A stretch of DNA of 64,000 nucleotides from the human T2T-CHM13v2.0 reference genome, Homo sapiens: NCBI RefSeq assembly GCF_009914755.1, contig NC_060925.1, one strand, 5' to 3'. The notes beneath the pieces are model-generated. The model was not told the origin of the DNA. It saw only the letters and a program-made list of their open reading frames with translations, and made no database searches. Both the position numbers and the translations under genes were made by a program. Positions 52,647 through 64,000 of this stretch are shown piece after piece. How positions within the stretch are numbered: the first letter of the stretch is position 1; every line of letters begins with the position of its first letter.

Positions 52647-54567
52647 CTGCACGCCAAAAAGAAAATGAACTAGTTACATTTTGAAGATACAGATGAAGCT
52701 TTAAGGAAAAGAGCTTTGTACAGGTTACTGGGGAAACTCAAGGGTGAGGTTTCTTGTAGGCATAACATTTTACTTCATAAGAAATATGAGGTACTGAATC
52801 TCACATTAGGGTTTGTGAAGTGCACTACGTTTAAAATAACAAATTAGGACTGCACGTCAACCACTCATTTCAATCTAAGACTATTAAAATACTTTTAAGA
52901 AAGATGGAAATCATAAGGAATAATGCTGAAGAGGCAAATATAGGCCAAATGTCACCATCACTGTACTATCATTACTTTTCAGGAACTGCTTCTGAAGTGT
53001 GGCTTGTAAACTATGCCAGCATCTCCCAGAATGAAAATAAAAATATAGATTCCTGAATTAACATACGTGTGTGTGTGTGTTGAGGCTACTGAGGTTTCAC
53101 AGTTTTAAAAAGACGGCTTAGATGACTCTAAGTACACTGAAGTGGGAAAGAGGTTCCCAATTTTCTCTTATTTCTCAACTGAAATCTAAAAACCAATTTG
53201 GCTACAGAATTTCTCTTACCAAGGCCTTCTTAAAGGCATCACTAATATCCAGCCAAAAAACTAGAAACCTAGAAATATTCCCACTTTTACATAGCTAACA
53301 GATTCTTTTGTCAAGCCTCCAATATCCACTGTTGGCACTTTTCCATTCTCTCTACCACATCATAAATCTCTTCCTAATTCCAATTTCTTGAAAAGATGGG
53401 CCCTTCAATCCATCCTTCACAATGCAGCCATGTAGCCATCAGTGGGGTGTCAGGCACACACATAACTTTAGAGTCTGATAAATGCAAGGGCTGAAGCTCA
53501 GCTTGCCCCTTATTAGCTAGGTGGCTTTGAACAAGGTACTTCTCTCTCTCGGCCTTAAGTTTCTGATGTGTATAAGAGGAGAACACATTTCATTATAGGG
53601 TTATTGAAGGACTGAAACAAATGTATATATAAGTCTTCAACAAAGATTGGCACATAATAGACATTCAAATAACAATAATAATTACGACAAAGGTTACCAT
53701 TACTTTAAAATTATATTATCTCCTCATTACCTATAGAATCAAAGCCATAATACCATGTTATTTGATATCCTCTATGACTGAACTACTTTTCCAAATCTCA
53801 AATTATTTCACCCAGCCACAGTGGGCTAGTCACCATTCTTCCACCACAACAGGTACATTCTTACTTTCAAGTCTTTTATAACAGCAGTCATTGGGCTCAA
53901 ACAATCTTTCCTCATTACTGTAATTCGATTCCATCTTTCACAACTCAACTCATATGACATTTATTTAAAGTCTTCCCTAATACCCTTGGTTAAAGTTAAT
54001 CACTCCCGACTCTGACCTCTCATTAGAACTGCACTTTTTTTGTGAAATATCAGAGAATGTATTGTGTTCCGCTTGGTATTATAGTCCCCTATATAAACAT
54101 CAGTAGCCTATTCTAGATGGGAAGCTCCTCTATTACAGGAACCTTTCTTGGCCATCTATGTATGTCCCACTGTGCTGAATCCAGCATTTTACTGACACCC
54201 ACAATTGTTGGAAAAAAGATTTGCTTTTAAAAAAAGTCTTAAATGTACTGTGGTTCCAAGGGGATTCTGAGGATCCCCCTCAGAATGTGTTGCCAAACAC
54301 ATGTTGTCTACTTCCCTTCTCTACTTCTTATTAGCTGTCACTTAATGATGTTACTATCTTTATTGTTCATCACTATGACCATATCACAACTTTCCTTAAC
54401 CTGCTAAAATGAGCCATGACTTCCTTGAAACCACACCTTAGACAAGCTAACGCCAATGTTTATCTAACAGTTTCTTACTTCTATTAACTATGCTTCTCCT
54501 CATTAATTTTGCACCATCACAAATTATATTTCACGTTTCACTCCAAAAAGAGTAGTTTCATTTCACA

Positions 54568-54874
54568 TTTTATTTATTTATTTTTTTTGAGACAGGGTCT
54601 CATTCTTTCACATAGGGTAGAGAACAGTGGTGCAATAATGGCTCCCTGCAGCCTCAACCTCTCGGCCTCAAGCAATCCTCTCACCTCAGCCTCATGAGTA
54701 GCTAGGACTATAGGTGTGCCCCAATATGTCCAGCTAAATTTTAAAAAATTTTTCTAGAGATGGGGTCTCAGTATGCTGCCCAGGCTGGTCTTGAACTCCT
54801 AGGCTCATGCAATCCTTCCACCTTGACCGCCCCAAAATGCTGGGATTATAGGCATGAGAGCCACTGTCCTGGCC
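54568..54874 (-). mobile_element. AluJ
   Basis: Diverged dimer; TSD tcatttcacatttt. Confidence 0.88.
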
Positions 54875-55227
54875 TCATTTCACATTTTAAAAATCTTGCA
54901 TATCTCTAAGATGATTTCTGTAACTAAGTGAAGGTGAAAATTCCTTAAAATATTCTTCCCTTGGCTTATAAACTAGGGCTTATACCACTGGGAAATTAAT
55001 GAACGCTTATGTTAAATTAATGAACATTTATGAGTCGGCTGCAGTCATGTCATCAGTTTTTTTGTGGTTTTATCAGTTAGATTAAATCAGTGTAGTTTTA
55101 TCAGTTAGATTTAATCACTTAGATTAAAACTTCTAAGAGTACAGGAGCTATGTCTGCTTAACTTTGCTTTCTATTGCCTAAGACCATCATATATATCTAT
55201 TACAACTTAATAAATAAAAGTTTTCAC

Positions 55228-55325
55228 CTTTAAAGTGGCCTGAGCACCTGGACTATCATCTTGACTACAAAGTACCAGTAGGGATTCCAGGCCAAAGACA
55301 GCATCTTGTTCCAGTGCCAAAAGAT
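55228..55325 (-). CDS. INTS7: INTS7 coding exon (probable exon 10), 98 nt, (D)LLALEQDAVF...AQATLK
   Basis: ttctag|AT acceptor, AAG|gtgaaa donor; overlaps ORF 55207..55419. Confidence 0.95.
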
Positions 55326-56809
55326 CTAGAAGAAAAACAGTAAACTTTATGATGGTCAAGTGATGTGTGTACAAACACACACACATATACATGCATACAC
55401 ACTCTCTTAGAAAAAACATTAAGGAGTTTAAGATATAGGGAATTATTAAATGGATGAACCTAACCTTCCTTGAAAAAGTACATGTGGCATTACTTCTAGA
55501 ATGTAAAGTCTATCTTCAGACTTATTTCTACCACTTTATTGAAGTATTTATAAAAATATACACATTAAATCAAGAGCTAAAGCCACAAAGCTATAAATAA
55601 AGCAAAACTGAAATAGTGTCACCAGCTTAGCTAAGGAAAATACTAAGAACAGCAAACTATGCAGTATGTGTTAATCTCCCTAATCAGAAATAAATTATGC
55701 AGGTCCATTTTTACCTAAGATATAACAGTTTTCAGCTTCTAATGAAAGCTGAACCACTTTTAGGAAATAATAAGGTCTCCACATAACCTTATTACTGTTT
55801 TAAGTCTGACCATAAAGAATGAACCTCTTAGATGTCTCATGAAATAGCAGCACTAGAACATCTTTTCACTACCATAGGGTTAAAATTTCTCTGAAGGTTT
55901 TAGAAAGTTCTGAATATATTAGTTACCTTTAGGTTAATATATTTCAGTGTTGAGAACATACAGCAGTTTTCTGTGTTACATGGAAGAAAATACTCTTTGT
56001 GATGCCAATATAAAACAGGCTTAATTATCCAAATCAGAATCAACTTTCAACTTTAAGAAATGTTTCCTGAGTGCAGGAGCTTGGCAAACAGAGTAAAGGC
56101 TAGTGAAGGTCAGGTTGCTAGAAAAAAACAGGTACTAGGAACAAGCAGTGCTGAAGGCTAGGGGGGATAAGAGGAACCACTGAGCTTGTAATCCTTAATG
56201 AAGATCAAAATCAGCACTGAAACAGATGGAATATCCAAAATGCATTTCTTGTTCTTGAACACAAGTCAAAAGATGTTAGGTAGACAACAAAATATGTGCA
56301 TTATTTTCCTTGCATGTCCTCCTTGATTATGCAAGTCAGTTTAATGCCACATATACCTAGAGTAAATTCTGTGAAAATTTAATTCACATTGGTCTGTGAA
56401 TTCACTTGCCTCTAGGTGAAACTATTTGTTATTTAAGTCCCTGGAGAACCTAAGTAAATTTTCTAGGTTTTTGTATAAGTGAACATACCACCTTATACAA
56501 AAGGGGTAGAGTCCTAAGCAATCTTTATCCACCATATATGCACCATATATGCAAAGGTAAGCAGTGGAAGGAAATGGGCAATGCTCCATAAAACCTTTCA
56601 ATTCCACTCCCAAGGTCTTCATCTCTTTATTATTTTTCACAAGGATAAAGTAGTCTTAAGAACACATGCTCTAAGAACACTTTGAAAGGAGTCAATTTGT
56701 AGATCAAGGCACACAGGCTAAAAATAAGGGATTAAAAAAAAATCAAACAGAATTCTGTCCAAGGTCTAAACCAAAGTTTATACGTAATATCAGTCCTGAT
56801 CAAACTTAC

Positions 56810-56944
56810 CCTTTTCTTGACAAGAAACAGTTATATTAGTTAGGACTCTAACTCCATGAGCTGCAATGCCCCTGTTATTATGGTAACAGCACTCTTGGGC
56901 TAATTTGACTAAATCAGAAGATCTGGGAGAAGAACTCACATTTC
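56810..56944 (-). CDS. INTS7: INTS7 coding exon (probable exon 9), 135 nt, (G)NVSSSPRSS...SCQEK(D)
   Basis: ttttag|GA acceptor, AAGG|gtaagt donor, phase 1-1, frame continuous with neighbours. Confidence 0.95.
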
Positions 56945-57959
56945 CTAAAAAAGCAGAGAAAAGTAGTAGAAATTGTAATTCAAATAGTTCAAAAGCAGTT
57001 CAGCTCATAGGTTCAATTTTCTTAATTTTTGAGAAAAGTCTCTAACAATAAACTTCAACAAAATTTCCTACCACAATCCCACTATCAATACATATCAGCA
57101 TTTCTCTCCATTAAGGTACTTGAAATAGGTATGTGCCAACAGTTTCGTAATGACTAAGATCTAAAATCAACGTATAATTTCTTAAAAAAATTAATAAAAA
57201 TTGACTAACAGTACAAAAGCCAAAACAACTATCCTAAGAGTTCAAATGAATTCTGATTAAAACAGGTATCATTATAGGCCTCTTGTCAGACAAAACCATA
57301 CTTTCAAGATAGGAGAGAAAAGAGAAAAAAATTTAAATTTGCTTTTTTTTTCCATCTCAGATTGCTGACACACATTTATACCTCATATGAATTCGTGATT
57401 GTAGAGCTGGAAAGAATTTTGGGATCATCTGATTTAACACACCCTATTTTTACAGGTGGAATCAAAGCCCAAAGCCCCAAAATTTTAAGAATCTTGCCAT
57501 TAAGTTCATAAAACTTATCAGTCATGTTCTAATGCCCCTGTTATTATACTCTTCTGCTTTATACCTTAAATTCCATGCTATAGATTGCAGCAATTTTTAA
57601 AATTCACATTTGAAATTCTGGAATGCAAGGTTCATGTTGTAACTATTGTAATTTACAGTAGAGAAGCCCTCAGTTATAACTGAATAAGCTTCAAGAAAAC
57701 AAGGAGATTAGGGCTTGTTCAACTACTTAAAAGAGTCTCCCATTCCTGTCTTCTTTTCCTCTGCTTATTTTTCCATGATTCTCGTCAACTTCAACTTTGT
57801 TTCTCATACCAAGGGTGACCGTATTTTTTGAGGCTGAAAGAGACGCTACTAAGAATTACAATAGACATAAACCATGAATATCTGTGGTGACATGGGACCT
57901 ATGGTCACTTTGTTGATTTCTGGTTTAATATAATACAAGTTTAAGAGAGAGCCTCAGTG

Positions 57960-58283
57960 TTTTTTGGGTTTTTGTTTGTTTTGTTTTGTTTTTTTTTTGA
58001 GACAGAGTCTCACTCTGTTGCCCAGGCTGGAGTGCAGTGGTGCGATCATGGCCTACTACAGATCACAGCTCACTATAGTCTCAAACTCCAGGACTCCAGC
58101 GATCCTCCCACCTCAGCTTCCAAGTAGCTGAGAATACAGGTGCATGCCACCATACCTGGCTAATTTTGTTATTTTTTTTTGTAGAGATGGGTCTTGCTTT
58201 GTTGCTCAGGCTGGTCTCAAACTCTTGGCTTCAAAAGATCCTCCCATCTTAGCCTCCCAAAGTGTAAGCCACCATGCCTGGCC
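57960..58283 (-). mobile_element. AluJ
   Basis: Diverged dimer; TSD tcagtgttttt. Confidence 0.88.
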
Positions 58284-60104
58284 CCTTCAGTGTTTTTAAG
58301 TTAGGCAAAACATTAGAAAGATGAAACTATATCTTTATTTTTTCAAAACTGTGGAAATTGTATTTCCTCTATTCTTTTTGTCCATGTGATATGGACAATG
58401 CGGAGTCATCTATAAATTTACAAACATGTTTTATAACTTGTTTTTTCTTTGTTTTATTCCTACCAACACTCACCATAGAAAACTCAGAAAAAAAACCCAG
58501 AAAAATCCAAAGAACAATACAAAAATCATACCAAATTTCACAAACCAGCATGACCTTACTGTTAATTTTCTGAAATATTTCTTTTAAATCTTTTTCCCCC
58601 TATGTACAACAGTACAATTTAAAAACTCACATATAATCAGGATATGTAGATACTGGCCAATATTCTGCTTTTAAAATCTAATATTTCTGAGCCTTTTCCT
58701 ATGTTTTCTAGGAATAAGATTATTTTTAATTTAATTTTTATTTATTTAGTAATGATTTTCTAAGATAAACTCACAAGGCTTACAAGGTACAACAAAGAGT
58801 AGAAAATGGTAAAAGGCTAGTGAGAGAAAAGTTTTCCTCCCCCACCCAATGTTATCAGCTTCTTGTGTATCATTCCAGAGTCCATAAATTTACAAGCACA
58901 TTTATTCCTTTCTTTCTTTTTCCTTTTCACATACTGTTTTCCATCTTGTTTTATTTCTCTTTAAATATTGTATCATGGAGACTGCTCCGTGCCATATTTT
59001 CTTTTTAGTAAACTGCATTGATTTTTATTGCAGTGATGTGTCATAATTTCTTTGAGTCCTCTATTGATGATCTTTTAATGCTATTACATCCTCTACTAAG
59101 AAATAATATTTTGCTATTATATAAAATGGTGCTCAGAATAATCTTGTATATATGCCATTTCTCAATGTGTGACTATGTAAATAAGATAAATTCCTAGAAG
59201 TGGAAAGTCTGGGTTATCTGTAATTTAATGAGTATTTCCAAATCATCTATGTACAAGTTTAATAATTTATATTCGCAGCAGTAATGACTGCTTACCCACA
59301 CCCTTGTCAACACACCATGTTTATCAAACTTCTAAATCCTTGCCAATCTGATGGATTAAAATTATTTCAAGTGTTGTTTTAAGGTGCCTTTTTCTTAAAT
59401 ATGTCTGATATTGAACATCTTATATATTTGAGCCATTTGTTAGTGATGATTTAGACATACTAAATTTAAGTTTGCTTTTTAAACTACTTTTGGCTACATT
59501 GAAAAAACATAATAAACGGAAATAAAGATTTACCATTATTTATGGAAATAATGTAACTTTGGAAAATCCTTGATTTTATTTTTTATAAATATTATCTATT
59601 TATTTAAGCCTTTGCTTAATTCCATATATAAGCCAAAATTAACAAACTTCAATAAAAGGACAAATACCTAGCTTGAAAAGTGTTTAAGTATTATAACCCA
59701 ACATAATGCTAATACATGTCTTTGGAATTAAAAAATAAAGAAAAAGAAAGTTATTGTGCATGTAAGTCAGTTTGGTACAAAAAAGAGAATTCTGAGTCAG
59801 ACCGCTGACTTCAGGCCTAGGCTCAGACACTTCACAACTATGTGAACTTTGGACATACCGTCAAACCTTTGTGAGTCTCAGTTTCAATACTTATAAACTC
59901 CTTTGCATATGCCTCACTTGAAAGGCTACTTGTATGGGAAAGCTCTCATCTATTATATGATTAAGACTTTGTCTATCACAGCTCTTTCAAAGTGCAATGT
60001 TGGTGAAGGATGTTAACTGCAAGCTAAGAAACACACTGGGTGATTTATGCAGAAAAAGAATAAATTGAAAGCACCCTAGGTATATGGTACGTTGTTTATA
60101 AAGA

Positions 60105-60565
60105 AGGCTGTGATAATTTCTCACATCCCTTGTGGACATGCTCCTTTACCATGTGATCTTCCAATTCCATGTGACTTGCTTTGGCCAATAAAGCATTGGA
60201 AAACAGGCTGCAAGCAAAAGGTTGACAAATGCTTTTGTGTTGGTGGCTTGCTTTCTTTTGGCTCCAACCAACATCCTGAAAACAAACCCAAGTTAGCCCA
60301 CCAAGAGTCACATGGATAAAAACTAAGGTGCCTCAGCAGAAAGCCTTTCAATTTCTAGCATGTGAATGAGGCCGTCTTAGACCATCCAATCCTGGTCATA
60401 CATGACCATAATCACACAAGTGACCCCAAGTGAGGCCAATAGGACTGCCCACCTGAGTACAGTCAAAATGGTTGATTGACATAATTAGAGCAAATAAAAA
60501 GGTCATGGTTTTAAGCTACTCGGTTTGGGGTGATTTTGTTATGTAGCAATAGATAACTGATAATG
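60105..60565 (+). mobile_element. MLT1-type MaLR LTR
   Basis: tgtgacttgctttggccaat...aataaa...ttttaagctact...ttgttatgtagcaatagataactga. Confidence 0.7.
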
Positions 60566-61146
60566 TACTTCAGAGAATCACTGGAAAGCCTGCAAAACTA
60601 ATAGAAAAACAAGGTCAGAAAATAAATAAGAAAAACGCCAGGGAGCAACCAAGACCACAGCCCAAAAGACCATGCATGGAATTAGTCCAGTGAGGACACA
60701 GCAGCCATTGTTACTGATTATTTCATGTCACAGCTTAACTTCTGTTACAGGGTACCAGACATAGCAAACACCCACAGCTAGAGTATATTCTGGAAACAAA
60801 TGTTGCTCTGTCATTGCTACATCACCATATCCCCATTCTCTCATATCCCTACTTTCTTGTTGTTACTGGCTCCCAATTCAGTCTGTGGCATGGAAATGAT
60901 TAGTTGAGTCCAAGCCACATGTAAGCACACTAGCTGGAAGGGAGGTGTGACAACGGAGTATCAGGTCTTTTTAGCTTCCTATTAAGACTTACGTGGCAGG
61001 GAATTCCCTACACCTAGAAAGTATCATATACTATGCGGCCATAAAAGGGACAAACAAATGTACATTACAGTTCTTTAATTCAAACTAACTGACTACAAAA
61101 GGAAGCAATAGAGGTTCCGCAAAACTTGCATTAAAACAAAACAACC

Positions 61147-61573
<427 letters not shown>

Positions 61574-62018
61574 TTATTGGGCTGGAGTCAAGTTTTATTT
61601 TAATTGTTTTCCAGAGAAATAATATGCACCTAAAAGGAAGCATATGACATTTGCTTTTAAAACTCACTACTACTTGACCTTTGAAATGTACTTAAATTCA
61701 AAGGGCACTTTGAGTCAGAGATACACAAAAGCAAACCAACTATTTTAAGCATCCTCAAAAATATTTTCACCCACATATAATTCAAAAAAAAAAGGACAAA
61801 CCTAGAAAAATATATTATTGACTTAAGATCAAGGATGCGAGATGTTGTTATCATAGGCATTAGTTAAGAAATCATGTTCAAATAAATCACTAGCATGCAA
61901 TGGAGTATGAGATTTTTTTCCCTGATGTTAAAGCTTTATAGAAGAAACAACCTGAAACATAAATATGGATAAAGGAGTTAGCACATTATTTATATGGTAT
62001 CTCCTGTCTTTTCCTTAC

Positions 62019-62136
62019 CTGGAACTATACTGAAGTAATGTTTGATGGCGATGGTCCCTGATAGTGTGGAAAGGACAGACAACATCCCTAGTTTTAAGCT
62101 GTCATAAGGAGTCTGGAGGGCACACTCACAAAGTGC
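62019..62136 (-). CDS. INTS7: INTS7 coding exon (probable exon 8), 118 nt, ALCECALQ...YFSIVP(G)
   Basis: ttccag|GCA acceptor, CCAG|gtaagg donor, open frame. Confidence 0.95.
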
Positions 62137-62273
62137 CTGGAATGCAGAAGAGAAATGAATATAGAAGTTAAAACATCAATATACTTCTAAACTGTCTACT
62201 CCATTTACATTTTCTGGCTTTTAGAAAAATTATATATTAAGGACTTTTTTTCATGTTAAAAAACTTAAATCGA

Positions 62274-62577
62274 GGCCAGGTGCAGTGGCTCATTCTGGTA
62301 ATCCCACCAGTTTGGGAGGCTGAGGTGGGAGGATCACTCTAGCTCAGGAGTTTGAGACCAGCCTGGGCTCAAAGTGAGGCCTTGTCTCTACAAAAATTCG
62401 AAAAATTAGCTGGGTATGGTGGTACGTGCCTGTGGTCCCAGCTACTTGGGAGGCTGAGGCAGAAGGATCGCTCAAGCCCAGGAGGTCGAGACTGCTATAA
62501 ACCATGTTCACGCCACTGCACTCCAGCCTGGGGGACAGAGCAAGACCCTGTCTCAAAAAAAAGAAAAACAAAAAAAG
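62274..62577 (+). mobile_element. AluJ
   Basis: Dimer. Confidence 0.9.
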
Positions 62578-63673
62578 CACTAGGTCAAACTTCCAAACTC
62601 TTTAGGGGAGCCTCAGGAGGCAGGATAACTAAATGTAAACTATGTTGATACATAAAAACGACACTAGGGAAAAACTAAAGAATTATGAATAAAGAATGAA
62701 CTTTGGTTAATAATAACAATGTATCAATATTGGTTCATTTATAACAAAAGTACTATACTATTGTAACATGTCAATAATAGGGGAAATGGTGGGGGAATGT
62801 GGGAACCCTGTGTACTATCGTCTCGATTTTTCTGTAAATGTAAAACTATTCTGAAACCCCCACCATATTTTGCTTAGGAGAGATATGAATATTATTTCAT
62901 ATATGTGTAATTTTTAAAAATAACAGGGAATATGGAATTCTATCTGGTTTCTAAGTGAACAGAGCTATCTTCCTCCCATTTCTGGCATTTACTCTACTCT
63001 TGACCAGGTAGTTTGAAGTATTACCAAAAATAAGATGCTAGTTTTTCTTTCAATGCAGTGAACTATGAATACATAATCACAGTACAGTGACTCTTGCCTT
63101 ATCCTTTATCACATGATTCTGTATCATATAACTGCATGTAATATAACAAGTCAAATAACTGTTTTGTTAAATTAATTTCCATTCTCCCACAAAGATAAAG
63201 GTTCAGAAAATAAGCAAAACTTAAAGTCTAAGGAAAAAAGTTAAAAATAACATTTCAGAAAGGGTTAAAATAAATTTAATATGACCATCAATAAAATTGT
63301 CAACAAAACTGCAGGATGATTTAGATTATCTGATTTTAAAGATCATGTGGAAAAATAAAAATCAGAAAACATCCAGAAAAACTGGCAAGGAATAGATTCA
63401 AATATATACTAGAATTTAATATATGATAATGGCATTTTAAATTAAAGATACCAGTTAATCAAAACTACAAAGACAATTAACCAGTCATTTGGTAAAATAA
63501 AACTATATCCCTGTTTTTTTTTTTATGGCAAATAAAAAACCAAAACTGTAAAAAGTACTATGAGGTAACATGGAACAATACAAAGTAAAAAGATAATTGG
63601 CAAACCTAGAAAAACATATTCACATCATATAACATCAATTAAGGACCAAGAACCTTAATATATAAAAAGTTCT

Positions 63674-63972
<299 letters not shown>

Positions 63973-64000
63973 GTTCTTACTAATAGGCAAAAACTCAATA

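Overview
Primate (very probably human) genomic DNA with no prokaryotic features. The minus strand carries the 3' part of INTS7 (Integrator complex subunit 7). I joined 13 coding exons by hand between 62136 and 15988 into one uninterrupted 2010-nt frame (669 aa plus stop, ending ...QQQQAQQPLQQQQQRNAYTRF). They are probably exons 8-20; the numbering is from memory of the gene. A ~1.4 kb 3' UTR contains a sense AluY and ends near a poly(A) signal at 14583-14588. Bases 1-14500 are downstream intergenic DNA. The rest is introns filled with ~25 Alus, a full-length old L1PA, a younger truncated L1PA3-like copy, a solo ERVK LTR22, MaLR LTRs and DNA-transposon fossils. I found no evidence of a wholly new gene system. 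The most unusual signal is the splicing architecture: three of four consecutive introns are non-canonical (GC-AG, U12-type, GT-AG, GC-AG), one exon begins with a recursive-splice-type AG|GTGAGT, and the last intron holds a candidate 39-nt stop-containing cryptic exon. Repeat subfamily names are by eye and repeat boundaries are approximate unless a TSD is given.
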